DNA from: an uncultured Flavobacteriales bacterium
GTDB lineage: Bacteria; Bacteroidota; Bacteroidia; Flavobacteriales_C; GCA-002722245
NCBI GenBank assembly: GCA_905182585.1
Contig: CAJJCC010000001.1
Span: 96 to 64,095 of the forward strand
Direction of reading: 5' to 3'
DNA: 64,000 bases
Shown here: in pieces, positions 50,231 through 59,420 of the stretch
Position numbering within the stretch: position 1 is the stretch's first letter
Layout: each line of letters opens with the position of its first letter
The notes under the pieces: generated by a model
Told to the model about the DNA's origin: nothing
Seen by the model: only the letters and a program-made list of their open reading frames with translations
The model's database searches: none
Translations under genes and position numbers: made by a program

Positions 50231-50794
50231 TTACTTTCCGTTGAATTCATTCATAACCCTTTGAACAGGATTGATGGGGAAAGATTTTATAAGATCAGTT
50301 ACTAATGTAATTCTTGCCGTTAAGTCCTTGTTTTCACCTTCGGACCATTCGCCTAAAACATAATCTACTTGTTTCCCTTTAGAGAATTCAGCAGCTATCC
50401 CAAATCGAACTCTTGAGTAATTTGGATTTCCTAAAACTTCTTGAATATTTTTCAATCCGTTATGGCCACCGTCACTTCCTTTTGGTTTAAGGCGAATCTT
50501 ACCGAAAGGTAAAGAAAGTTCATCTGTGATAATAAGAACACGTTCTTGAGGTATTTTTTCTTGTTGCATCCAATAACGAACTGCCTTACCTGATAGATTC
50601 ATGTAAGTTGAGGGTTTTAAGCAGATTAAAGTCCGGCCTCTATGTTTCAGTTCGGCAACATCTCCAAGTCGGTCTGTCCTAAAAGAAGAATTGGACGCAT
50701 CAATTAATGCGTCCAATATCTTAAAGCCAATGTTATGGCGTGTATTCTTATATTCTGACCCAATGTTACCTAATCCTACGATTAAGTACTTCAT
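50231..50794 (-). CDS. pth: peptidyl-tRNA hydrolase
   Basis: 187 aa with LIVGLGNIGSEYKNTRHNIGF and GHNGLK motifs. Confidence 0.95.
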   Translation of the reverse strand: MKYLIVGLGNIGSEYKNTRHNIGFKILDALIDASNSSFRTDRLGDVAELKHRGRTLICLKPSTYMNLSGKAVRYWMQQEKIPQERVLIITDELSLPFGKIRLKPKGSDGGHNGLKNIQEVLGNPNYSRVRFGIAAEFSKGKQVDYVLGEWSEGENKDLTARITLVTDLIKSFPINPVQRVMNEFNGK

Positions 50795-50805
50795 GGATAA
50801 TATTA

Positions 50806-51399
50806 TTAAGCTTCAGCAGTTGCTTCTTCTTCTTCATTCGCTGCCATTCTTGCGTTACGAGTAATCTGAACTCTTGCAACTACAGCACCTGGAGCATTTA
50901 AAATTTCAAACCCTTCAACAACAGGAAGATCTTTAACCTGTACAGCTTCACCTAACTCAATTCCATTAACATCAACATCAATTGTTTCAGGAATAGATTC
51001 AATTGAACCTCTGACTTTAATCTTTCTCAAGATAGTTTGTAAACTCCCTCCCCCTAAAACTCCTGGCGCTACACCTACAGTTTTAACTGGAATTTCAACA
51101 ATAACTGGTTTGTTAGCTGGAGCCAATAAGAAGTCAGCGTGTGTTAATTTATCTGATACAGGATCAAATTGAGAATCCTTAAGGATTGCGTTAACTTTAT
51201 TTCCAGCAACTTCTATTTCAGCAACGTATGCGTCTGGAGTATAAATTAACTGCTTAAAAGAAGCATCTGGTGCAGAAAAATGAACTGGAGTTTCTCCTCC
51301 GTATAATACACATGGAACATTTCCATTAGCTCTTGCTTGAGCAGCATATTTTTTTCCTAGGTTCTCTCTAGCTTCTCCTTTAATTTGAACAGTTTTCAT
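50806..51399 (-). CDS. rplY: 50S ribosomal protein L25 / general stress protein Ctc
   Basis: 197 aa. bL25 long form with an acidic C-terminal tail, between prs and pth. Confidence 0.9.
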   Translation of the reverse strand: MKTVQIKGEARENLGKKYAAQARANGNVPCVLYGGETPVHFSAPDASFKQLIYTPDAYVAEIEVAGNKVNAILKDSQFDPVSDKLTHADFLLAPANKPVIVEIPVKTVGVAPGVLGGGSLQTILRKIKVRGSIESIPETIDVDVNGIELGEAVQVKDLPVVEGFEILNAPGAVVARVQITRNARMAANEEEEATAEA

Positions 51400-51417
51400 A
51401 ACTTATAATTTAAAATT

Positions 51418-52359
51418 TTATGCAATAAAATGCTTGCTTATCGATTGTTGACTTAATAAATTCTCAATAACAGTTCCGAATAAATCAGAAACGGTTAATA
51501 CTTTTATTTTTTTATTTTCTTTAGCTAACGGAATAGTATCAGTAACAACTAGTTCAGTTAAAACAGAGTTTTCAATTCTTTCATGAGCTGGACCCGATAA
51601 AACTGGATGAGTACAACAAGCTCTTACACTTTTTGCACCATGCTCCATCATCATAGCAGCAGCTTTGGTTAAAGTTCCAGCAGTGTCAATCATATCGTCT
51701 ATGATTACAACATCTTTTCCTTTAACATTACCAATTACTGTCATTGCTGATACTTCATTGGCTCTTTCTCTTTGCTTATAACAAATCGCTAAATCAACAT
51801 CAAGGTATTTAGCGTATGCATTGGCTCTTTTAGTACCTCCTGTATCAGGAGCTGCCATAACAATATCTAAACTCTCTTGTTCTTTTAATGATTTGATGTA
51901 GGGTAAGAAAATCGAACTTGCATATAGATGATCAACAGGAACTTCGAAAAATCCTTGAATTTGATCAGCATGTAAATCCATTGTAATTACTCTCGTAACT
52001 CCAGCAGCAGATAATAAGTTAGCAACAAGTTTAGCACCTATTGAAACTCTTGGTCTGTCTTTTCTATCCTGACGTGCATAACCATAATAAGGAAGCACAG
52101 CAATAATATTTGCAGCACTGGCTCTTTTTGCAGCATCAACCATTTGCAAAACTTCGAATAAGTTTTCAGTTGGCGGCACTGTGCTTTGTACAATAAACAC
52201 ATCCTGACCTCTTACCGACTCTTCGAAAGATGGCTGAAATTCACCGTCACTAAACCTGAAAATTGTAACCTTTCCAGTAGTAGTACCCATCTTTTCAGCA
52301 ACTTTATTTGCTAAGTCTTGAGTAGCCGATCCAGCGAAAATTTTAAACTTATTTGCCAT
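51418..52359 (-). CDS. prs: ribose-phosphate pyrophosphokinase
   Basis: 313 aa with PRPP synthase motifs (YARQDRK, DLHADQIQGFF, VIIDDMIDTAGT). Confidence 0.95.
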   Translation of the reverse strand: MANKFKIFAGSATQDLANKVAEKMGTTTGKVTIFRFSDGEFQPSFEESVRGQDVFIVQSTVPPTENLFEVLQMVDAAKRASAANIIAVLPYYGYARQDRKDRPRVSIGAKLVANLLSAAGVTRVITMDLHADQIQGFFEVPVDHLYASSIFLPYIKSLKEQESLDIVMAAPDTGGTKRANAYAKYLDVDLAICYKQRERANEVSAMTVIGNVKGKDVVIIDDMIDTAGTLTKAAAMMMEHGAKSVRACCTHPVLSGPAHERIENSVLTELVVTDTIPLAKENKKIKVLTVSDLFGTVIENLLSQQSISKHFIA

Positions 52360-53015
52360 AATTCCTTAGTATACTAAAACAAAATCCCCCAAAAGAGGTC
52401 GACAAAGATAAATAATTAATTTTGATTAATCCAACTCTAATTGTTAATAAGCGACTCTCTTCAAAGTAAGATTGAAATGAAGCGCTCTCAAAGTGATTTA
52501 AAATGTTATATCCTTGTTATTTAGCTTCTTATAATTCTTTAAATAACTGCTTTTTAGTAAAGATAGTATACTTGTTTAAGTAATGTAATTATGAACTTAT
52601 TAAATTGAGAATCTGTTTTTAATCTACATCATTTTATTGGTGCTTTTAATGTCTTCATTTCAGTTTATCAAATATCAAAAAAATCAGATGATCAAGTTTT
52701 TATTTAAAGCACACTTGAACATGTTAAATGTGTTCATACCTAACGTGAATTTGGTATGAATACATTTAAAGCTGTTTTTGAGGCGAGTAATTAAACTTAG
52801 GCTTAGTCGAAGAAGGTTTAAAATAATCAATTCTGACTTCAAGTCAACAGTGATTCAATAACTGTGGTGTTTTGATGTATTGATGGTTTAATAAGTAGGG
52901 TTTTTATGTTAGCTTTAATTTAAATACAGTAATGGAAACCAACCTGATGTTGCAAAGTGAAAAACAGGATTTAATATCTCATTAAATAAATATCAGTCTT
53001 AACCTTTTTTTTATC

Positions 53016-53023
53016 TAAATTTG
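53016..53023 (+). promoter_or_regulatory. Bacteroidota-type -7 promoter box upstream of tRNA-Leu
   Basis: TAAATTTG matches TAnnTTTG, 17 nt before the mature tRNA 5' end. Confidence 0.3.
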
Positions 53024-53040
53024 CTTTCTTTGTTCAAAAT

Positions 53041-53122
53041 GCTCGAGTGGCGGAATTGGTAGACGCGCTGGATTCAAAATCCAGTTCTTGCGGGAGTGCG
53101 GGTTCGATTCCCGCCTCGAGTA
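53041..53122 (+). tRNA. tRNA-Leu (anticodon CAA), type II with long variable arm
   Basis: Hand-folded. Acceptor GCTCGAG/CTCGAGT (G1-U72), anticodon stem-loop CTGGA-TTCAAAA-TCCAG, variable arm, T-arm GCGGG-TTCGATT-CCCGC. Confidence 0.9.
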
Positions 53123-53265
53123 CATTTATTAAAATTAACTAAACCCTAACTTGTTTTTAATTAAATAGTTAGGGTTTTTTATTGTTTAAAGGTTATTCAT
53201 TTTTGTACGGTTTCTGTACTGGAAAAATTTTAAAGTGTCTATAATTTAAACCTTTTCTTAAACTT
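53123..53265 (+). repeat. tRNA-Leu downstream flank, copy 1 (paralogous to 59311..59420)
   Basis: Shared blocks AAAATT-A-TAAACCCTAACTT, AATTAAATAGTTA-GG, GGTTATTC, TACGG, TAATTTAAACCTTTTCT-AAACT in the same order in both copies. Confidence 0.65.
53142..53180 (+). terminator. terminator hairpin after tRNA-Leu
   Basis: AACCCTAACT ... AGTTAGGGTT, then a T-run. Confidence 0.55.
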
Positions 53266-53409
53266 TATGCCTTAGTTTTTAATCTAAACATTACTTATAA
53301 GCCTCGAAATGACTGTTAACTCACTCTTTATATGACTTGTCTAATATTTAACTATTAAACTCAGGAAATAAATTTATTTGGAATTGCAACTAAAAGGTGA
53401 AGAAAAAAA

Positions 53410-54269
53410 TTAAGTTGCTGATTTTATGTTATTTTTTTGATTAAATTCTAAGATTGATTTTCTGTTTAAAGCTGAATGCCTTCTTTTTTTATTGTACCAA
53501 GTTTCGATGTATTTAAAAACCTGTAATTCTGCTTCCATTCTTGTTTTGTATTTATGATGATAAATTAATTCAGTTTTGATGGTTTTAAAGAAACTTTCAG
53601 CAACTGCGTTATTCCAACAATTCCCCTTTCTACTCATACTTTGTTTTACTAAACGGTTCGATTTTAAATAATTAGTAAACGCCTTACAAGCATATTTAAT
53701 ACCTCTGTCAGAATGAAATAATAACGGTTCTGTAATGTTTCTGTTAATATTAGCCATTTTCCAAACTGGAATTACGGCATCCTTAGTAAACATGGTTTTA
53801 CTTAAACTCCAACCTACTACAGCTCTGTCCCATAAATCTATTATTACAGTTAGATATAGCCATCCTTGGCTTGTTTTGATATAAGTGATATCAGACACTC
53901 ATACTTCATCAGGTCTGCTTACAACGAAGTTTTGAGCCAGTAAATTTTGAGCTACAGGATAACGATGACTGGAATTCGTAGTTACTTTCCATTGCTTTCT
54001 AATTTTACTTTGTAAGCCACCTTTTTTCTTGAAACTACAAAGCCTTCACTTTTTAATTCCTGATGAACACGAGGACTTCCGTAAGTTTTATCACTGACTT
54101 TAAACACTCTAGTTATGGCAAGTTTTAAATGAACACCTTCCAAAGCTCTCCTACCTAAAGGCTGCTTTTTCCATTTATAATAGCAATCACTATTAATTTT
54201 CATTACTCGACACATCTTTTCAACCGAAAAATAATTTATATGATTCTCAATGAATTTATATTTTTTCAA
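53410..54269 (-). pseudogene. IS3-family transposase OrfB (DDE integrase core), disrupted
   Basis: Split into 53982..54269 and 53410..53898. There is a 1-nt frame change near ..ESNGK/VTTNSSH.., and TGA (53899..53901) replaces the conserved Trp codon in PDEV*VSDITY. Confidence 0.75.
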
Positions 54270-54571
54270 TCGTTCTTGGAAAAGATGCTCACCGCCTTTT
54301 TTAAGATGTCCCGTTCTTCTTTTAAATCTTTATTCTCTCCGCGTAAACGCTTTAATTCTTCTCGTTCAGGGTCAAGGATTCCTGTCGATTTACCTACTCC
54401 AGGGAATACTACGCTTTTTCCTTCTCTTTTAAAATACCCTTTCCGCCAACGGTAAAGTAATGCTCCGTCTATTCCTAAACTGATTGCTAAATCTTTTATA
54501 TTATCAGATTTCTCACTCAAATGAACTGCTTTGAGTTTAAAGTCTTTGCTGAATTTTGTTCGTGTACCCAT
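54266..54571 (-). CDS. IS3-family transposase OrfA (HTH)
   Basis: 101 aa with HTH and leucine-zipper-like tail (LKRLRGENKDLKEERDILKKA). A-run (GAAAAAAT) at the orfA/orfB overlap. Confidence 0.8.
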   Translation of the reverse strand: MGTRTKFSKDFKLKAVHLSEKSDNIKDLAISLGIDGALLYRWRKGYFKREGKSVVFPGVGKSTGILDPEREELKRLRGENKDLKEERDILKKAVSIFSKND

Positions 54572-54970
54572 TGTTTAAAGTTAATTATCAAAACAACTCA
54601 AACTATCTTAACTTTTCTCTCTCATTAAAAGTAGCAACTCCATCCAATTAATGGATAGTTAACATTCCCAGGCTAATAAGAATAGTTCCAATTCAACTTT
54701 ATTTACCCGATTTTGATAATAAACAAAGGGTACGCAGCAATATAATTCACTTCAAACTAACAAAAAAATACTGCATATTTAATAACATGTGTATAACATT
54801 CCGTTAAAATAACAAATGTCATATAAAAAATTAAACTACTGAAATAAAGCATGTTAAGTTTTTTTTTAGATTTTTTTTTTGATCATTATTAACGTTTTCA
54901 TAAAGCTTTGATAAACACTTGATCCATATTAATGGCTCAATTTTGCAACAACTACTAAACAGAACTAAAA

Positions 54971-56785
54971 ATGAAAAAAATGAAAAGACATTTGTTAACT
55001 ACTGGACTCGCAGCCGTAACTGGAGCTATTTTCGCACAATCGCCATTTCCAGTTTTAAACGAAAATTTTTACAATACATCAGATCACTCAACGGATTTAG
55101 TTACGATACTGATTCCCGCATCTCCTCTTAAATACGATGTGTTATTTACTGGCGGTGTTGACCATGTTCATAATGCTGCTGGCGATAGCGCATTAGCAAA
55201 AGAATGGCAAGACTTTACGGGCTTTGTCCCTATCAATGGAAGAAGCGATAGCGGATATGTTATTGTTAACCACGAAAGAGTGGAAGCGGATCCAATTAAT
55301 GGAGATGGTGGAGGAATGACTGTTTTCAACACTTATTATAATCAAATAACCAAATCGTGGGAAGTTGCTAATCATCCACAAGGAAAATACAGAAACGTTG
55401 ATTTCTCTGGAGTTGGTGGAACTGGTGCAAACTGTGGCGGAATTCAAACATCTTGGGGTAAGGTTTTTACTGCAGAAGAATGGGGATCGGCCTTTAGAGA
55501 TAACAAAACTATTTATAATGACGGCGCAGGTATCACCGATACAAGTGATTACGAGGTAGAAACATTTAACGGAGAAGCTGAAAATACATCCATCAAGAAG
55601 TATCAAAACTTTCAGTATATGATTGAAGTAGATGTTGCCAATGCTGTAGCAGTTCGGAAAAACTACAACATGGGTAGATACGACCATGAGGGAGGTTGGA
55701 TTGCTTCAGATAGAAAAACAGTTTATTTATCGGATGACAACTCTTCCGGCGCTGTTTTATTCAAATTTGTAGCAGATGTTGCCGAAGATTTTAGTGTTGG
55801 GCAATTATATTGCTACAAGCAATCAGAAGATGCAAAGACTGGGGCTTGGGAAGCCTTAAATATGGACTTAAGCACAATGCTGGATGCTAGAAATGAGGCG
55901 TATGCTTTAGGAGCGACAGTATTTATGAGATTGGAGTGGATTGAAGGTATCAACGACGGTACAGTTTTCATCACTGAAACAGGAAGAGGAAAAACACAAA
56001 GTGTTAAAGCAGCTCTTGAAGCAGGAGGAACATTAGCAAACCACTTAGTTCAATTAGATGCAAAGGATGGATCAATCGATTCAAGTTTTACAGATATGTG
56101 GGGTAGAGTATTAAGACTAAACACTGCAAATGGAAAAATTGAAGGTGCTATTGAAGGTGGTGGAGAAATCAAAAGAGATTACAATCCAAGTAACAACCAC
56201 TTATCTTCTCCTGATGGACTAGCTTCCACTGTTATTGATGGAAAAACATATCTCGCAATTAATGAGGATATGAACCCATCTGGAGTGCCCGCGAATCCTG
56301 CTCACTTCGCCAATAAGTTAAACGAAATCTATCTATTGGATGTAACAAGCGATGAGCCAGGTAAAGTGTACCATGTTGGAGAGTTAAAAAGATTTATCGC
56401 TGGACCAAGTGGATGTGAAACTACAGGCGGAAGATTTACTCCTGATGGAAGTACTTACATTGTAAATATTCAACATCCTTCTTCTTCTAATACCCCCCCG
56501 TTCAACCATTCTGTTACTGTAGCTATAACTGGCTATAAGGATGTTTTGGAACAAACTCTAGCCACAGAGGAAGTTTTAGAGGGTAGCGCTTTTAATATGT
56601 ATCCAAATCCTGCTTCAAGGGAAATATACTTGAGCGAAAAAATGGATATCGTTATTTACAATTCAACTGGACAGCGTTTGATGGTAGAAAGAAATACTAA
56701 TGTTGTAGATATTTCTTCTTTACCTACCGGTACTTATTTTATTCAGAATGAAGAAGGACAAACTAAAAAGTTAATTATTGAATAA
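54971..56785 (+). CDS. PhoX/DUF839-like secreted beta-propeller protein with T9SS C-terminal sorting domain
   Basis: 604 aa. Signal peptide, PhoX-like block GVGGTGANCGGIQTSWGKVFTAEEWG, and a C-terminal Por-secretion-tail-like ~80 aa (FNMYPNPASREIYL...LPTGTYFIQ..). Confidence 0.65.
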   Translation: MKKMKRHLLTTGLAAVTGAIFAQSPFPVLNENFYNTSDHSTDLVTILIPASPLKYDVLFTGGVDHVHNAAGDSALAKEWQDFTGFVPINGRSDSGYVIVNHERVEADPINGDGGGMTVFNTYYNQITKSWEVANHPQGKYRNVDFSGVGGTGANCGGIQTSWGKVFTAEEWGSAFRDNKTIYNDGAGITDTSDYEVETFNGEAENTSIKKYQNFQYMIEVDVANAVAVRKNYNMGRYDHEGGWIASDRKTVYLSDDNSSGAVLFKFVADVAEDFSVGQLYCYKQSEDAKTGAWEALNMDLSTMLDARNEAYALGATVFMRLEWIEGINDGTVFITETGRGKTQSVKAALEAGGTLANHLVQLDAKDGSIDSSFTDMWGRVLRLNTANGKIEGAIEGGGEIKRDYNPSNNHLSSPDGLASTVIDGKTYLAINEDMNPSGVPANPAHFANKLNEIYLLDVTSDEPGKVYHVGELKRFIAGPSGCETTGGRFTPDGSTYIVNIQHPSSSNTPPFNHSVTVAITGYKDVLEQTLATEEVLEGSAFNMYPNPASREIYLSEKMDIVIYNSTGQRLMVERNTNVVDISSLPTGTYFIQNEEGQTKKLIIE

Positions 56786-56813
56786 TGTTTTATATATCAG
56801 ATCACTAATATAT

Positions 56814-56848
56814 AGGAGGCTATATCAATAGCCTCCTTCTTTTATTTC
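56814..56848 (+). terminator. strong hairpin plus U-tract in the spacer between the PhoX-like gene and the peroxidase gene
   Basis: 10-bp stem AGGAGGCTAT / ATAGCCTCCT with loop ATCA, then TCTTTTATTTC. The peroxidase ATG follows at 56854. Confidence 0.55.
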
Positions 56849-56853
56849 ATCCC

Positions 56854-58752
56854 ATGAACAAAATTTTAGTCGGAATATCTTTACTCATTGTGCTCGTTTC
56901 TTTTCAATTTACGACGGGTAATACAATCAAACACCCCAACCAACATATTCAACTCGATGTACTCAAAAGGGCTTCTTTCTTTGAAGAGCAAGCCAACCAG
57001 TTCTTAAAAATTGTTCAATTTCAAAAAGTTGATCAATACTTCGCTCAATACAAAAAAACCAGAGCGGCCTACAAGGGTATTGAAACCTATACAATGTTCC
57101 GCTATCCAAGTTTAGACAAAGCTATAAATGGCGGGCCCGTTCCTAGCATTACAAAAGATGTAGTGATCTTACACAAGGACGAACCTACAGGACTACAAGT
57201 TATTGAGGAGTTACTGGCAGAGGAAAAGATAGATCATAAAAACCTGGTTGTTCAACTAAAATCATTACAGAAAAATGCAATTCAAATTAAAACATCTATA
57301 TTCGATCTTGACCTTCAGAATTGGGAAATACTCGAGGCCAATCATTTAGCGATTACTAAATTGATTACTTTAGGCTTAAGCGGTTTTGACTCGCCTATTT
57401 ACTTGCAAAGTATTCCGGATGCATTAGTGGTTTTAAAACATCTTCAAAGTGACCTAAGTTTTTTCAAAGAATTGGCCAATTCATCTTTTGATTACAAGTC
57501 TTTCGAAAATCAGCTAAAACAGTCCATTACTTTTTTAACAGATAAGAATTTCGAATCCTTAAATAGATATATCTACTACAGAGACTATCTACTTCCATTA
57601 CAAGCACAAATAAAAAAACTACATGTAAGCACAGGATACGAAACTTATAGAGAAGTTAGCACAATCAAGCGGTCTATTGCAAATGGTGCACATTTATTTT
57701 CAAAGGACTATCTTGATCCATTCTATAGTATTAGGGGAAACGTAACGAGTCACAATCAAGATCAAATTGACCTAGGCAAAACATTGTTTTTCGATCCCAT
57801 TTTATCCAAAAACAATAAAAGAGCTTGTGCTTCTTGTCATTCGCCTGATAAAGCTTTTTCAGATGGACTTTCCACTAGTATGGCGTTTGATTTAAAGGGA
57901 AATATCAAGAGAAATTCACCAACGCTTATTAACTCCTGTTTTCAAAATAACTTTTTTTGGGATTTAAGATCAAGCGATATGAATGATCAAATCATGAATG
58001 TAATTTTAAGTGAAAATGAATTTAATACAACTCCTGAAGAAATTGTTGGAAAACTAAAACAAAGCACAGCTTATCAAGAACTTTTTGATAGAGCTTTTTA
58101 TTCACACGATCAACCTATAAGTATTGGAACTGTTAAATCAAGTATAGAAATATATGTCCGGTCGTTGGTGAGTATCAATTCAAAGTTTGACCAAAATATC
58201 AGAGGAAATCAGGTCGATTTAACACCCGAAGAAATCACTGGAGCCAACCTCTTTCTTGGAAAAGCGGCATGTGCAACTTGTCATTTCCCACCTCACTTTA
58301 ATGGATTCGTTCCTCCTCATTATAATGATACAGAAGGGGAAATCATTGGAACCACCACGAATGGAAATTCTAATACCTTAGACCGAGATTTTGGTCTTTA
58401 CGATCGATTCAGAAACAGCTACCCAGAAGCTCGATATGTAAAAGGAATGTTTAAAACTCCTAGTTTAAGAAATATTGAATACACCGCACCTTATATGCAT
58501 AATGGAAAATTCGAAACACTAGAAGAAGTAGTTAATTTTTATAACAACGGAGGTGGAAAAGGAAAAGGAATAGATCTCCCACAACAAACACTTTCATCAG
58601 ACTCCTTATTACTATCTAAAAACGACCTTAACGCACTAATTGCTTTTATGAAAACACTTTCAGATACTACATCTACCCATACAAATCCTTTTAATCTACC
58701 AAAGTTTGACAATGATAGTTTAAATCTCAGGAGATGGGGTGGAGAGTATTAA
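56854..58752 (+). CDS. N-terminally extended di-haem cytochrome c peroxidase (MauG/MbnH family)
   Basis: 632 aa. Signal/anchor helix, about 310 aa of helical N-terminal domain without haem motifs, then CASCH and CATCH sites and the TPSLRNIEYTAPYMHNGKFETLEEVVNFY block. Confidence 0.8.
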   Translation: MNKILVGISLLIVLVSFQFTTGNTIKHPNQHIQLDVLKRASFFEEQANQFLKIVQFQKVDQYFAQYKKTRAAYKGIETYTMFRYPSLDKAINGGPVPSITKDVVILHKDEPTGLQVIEELLAEEKIDHKNLVVQLKSLQKNAIQIKTSIFDLDLQNWEILEANHLAITKLITLGLSGFDSPIYLQSIPDALVVLKHLQSDLSFFKELANSSFDYKSFENQLKQSITFLTDKNFESLNRYIYYRDYLLPLQAQIKKLHVSTGYETYREVSTIKRSIANGAHLFSKDYLDPFYSIRGNVTSHNQDQIDLGKTLFFDPILSKNNKRACASCHSPDKAFSDGLSTSMAFDLKGNIKRNSPTLINSCFQNNFFWDLRSSDMNDQIMNVILSENEFNTTPEEIVGKLKQSTAYQELFDRAFYSHDQPISIGTVKSSIEIYVRSLVSINSKFDQNIRGNQVDLTPEEITGANLFLGKAACATCHFPPHFNGFVPPHYNDTEGEIIGTTTNGNSNTLDRDFGLYDRFRNSYPEARYVKGMFKTPSLRNIEYTAPYMHNGKFETLEEVVNFYNNGGGKGKGIDLPQQTLSSDSLLLSKNDLNALIAFMKTLSDTTSTHTNPFNLPKFDNDSLNLRRWGGEY

Positions 58753-58826
58753 AATAGCAAATATAAGTGGTGTATACTTATCTCAAAGAGAATTCACGCT
58801 CCTAATAGATCCCTTTTTGTTGTTGT

Positions 58827-58915
58827 TTGGCGCGTTGAAAATAACAATATTATAAATCCAAAATAGCTCTTATATCTTCCTTCAAAAAGTTCGATCTTTC
58901 ACCTTTTTTAGGTAT
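58827..58915 (+). other. degenerate tRNA-Leu-like relic A
   Basis: Contains TGGCG.., an anticodon-loop-like ATCCAAAATAG, the exact 18-mer TTCCTTCAAAAAGTTCGA (58877..58894) and a T-loop-like GTTCGA. Does not fold as a cloverleaf. Confidence 0.35.
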
Positions 58916-58919
58916 ACTT

Positions 58920-58957
58920 CCCTCTGAAACATTTCTTTTCAGAGGGATTTTTGTTTT
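58920..58957 (+). terminator. intrinsic terminator following relic A
   Basis: CCCTCTGAAA-CATTTCT-TTTCAGAGGG, then ATTTTTGTTTT. Confidence 0.6.
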
Positions 58958-59230
58958 AATCATTTTACCAGAATTTAACCTAATATTCCGTAATCCTTAG
59001 TTTATATGGAGAACAAGGTTCGATAATTTAAAATCATCAAAAGTTGAAATATTTAACTGCTTTATTTAAAGTTGAGTTTTTTGGATCTATTACTTTTAAG
59101 AATACGAAGGACCAATAAATTAATCTATGCTATCGATGGGGAGTACTATATATTGTCGTTATTGAATATTACATTTTTGAAAAAAATCAGTTTAAGAAAT
59201 AAAAAAAATCAAAACTAAAGGGTGATTAAA

Positions 59231-59310
59231 GTTGAAATTGGAGCCTCAAATTTCCAAAATGGCTATTTGATATTCCTTCAAAAAGTTCGAGACTTCACTC
59301 GACTTGGGTA
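59231..59310 (+). other. degenerate tRNA-Leu-like relic B
   Basis: D-loop-like GAAATTGG, anticodon-loop-like TTCCAAAATGG, and the 18-mer at 59273..59290. Spacing of these blocks matches the intact tRNA-Leu within 1-3 nt. Followed by the duplicated tRNA flank. Confidence 0.4.
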
Positions 59311-59420
59311 TATTTTTTAAAATTGATTAAACCCTAACTTATTTTAATTAAATAGTTAAGGTTATTCGTTTTATACGGTAAGGCTTTTGAAGTGACTTTA
59401 ATTTAAACCTTTTCTGAAAC
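59311..59420 (+). repeat. tRNA-Leu downstream flank, copy 2 (degenerate)
   Basis: Collinear with 53123..53265 apart from small deletions. Truncated by the left end of the second IS3 element. Confidence 0.65.

Larger units (their letters stand above)
53379..54642 (-). mobile_element. IS3-family insertion sequence, inactivated copy
   Basis: Imperfect terminal IRs (TGGAATTGCAACTAAAAGGTGA.. versus the reverse complement of ..AGTAGCAACTCCA). orfA followed by a frameshifted orfB layout. No clear target-site duplication. Confidence 0.8.

Noticed and set aside
54859-54880. T9 and T10 homopolymer tracts separated by AGA, about 90-110 nt upstream of the PhoX-like gene, considered as a slipped-strand phase-variation switch.
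   Set aside because: Long A/T runs are common throughout this AT-rich window, for example at 14255-14275. The tracts are not positioned between recognisable promoter elements, and nothing in a single sequence shows length variation.
55193-55687. A 164-aa minus-strand ORF. The same applies to many other track ORFs nested antisense or out of frame in larger genes: 582..878, 4998..5183, 6486..6671, 7201..7425, 8615..8833, 12149..12346, 15584..15772, 16349..16651, 16645..16839, 17199..17456, 18132..18410, 20188..20466, 21739..21924, 22621..22809, 23918..24154, 39260..39478, 41153..41374, 42042..42233, 43456..43734, 43780..43971, 44543..44782, 48400..48642, 54240..54455, 54250..54432, 54919..55131, 55365..55559, 61724..62017, 61764..61946.
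   Set aside because: Each lies wholly or largely inside a longer ORF with clear family motifs on the other strand or frame. Their sequences are low-complexity or hydrophobic with no motifs, the typical shadow ORFs of AT-rich DNA.
58850-58963. A 37-codon minus-strand ORF (MIKTKIPLKRNVSEGSIPKKGERSNFLKEDIRAILDL). Its C-terminal part (SNFLKE..AIL..) is echoed in frame at the other two 18-mer copies, including some synonymous-looking differences and a 12-nt in-frame gap.
   Set aside because: The N-terminal third of the ORF is encoded by the two arms of a plus-strand terminator hairpin (58920..58946). The copies at 59.27 kb and 62.42 kb have upstream in-frame stops and no start codon. The shared region is better explained as tRNA-like relic DNA, and the coding-like pattern is probably coincidental.
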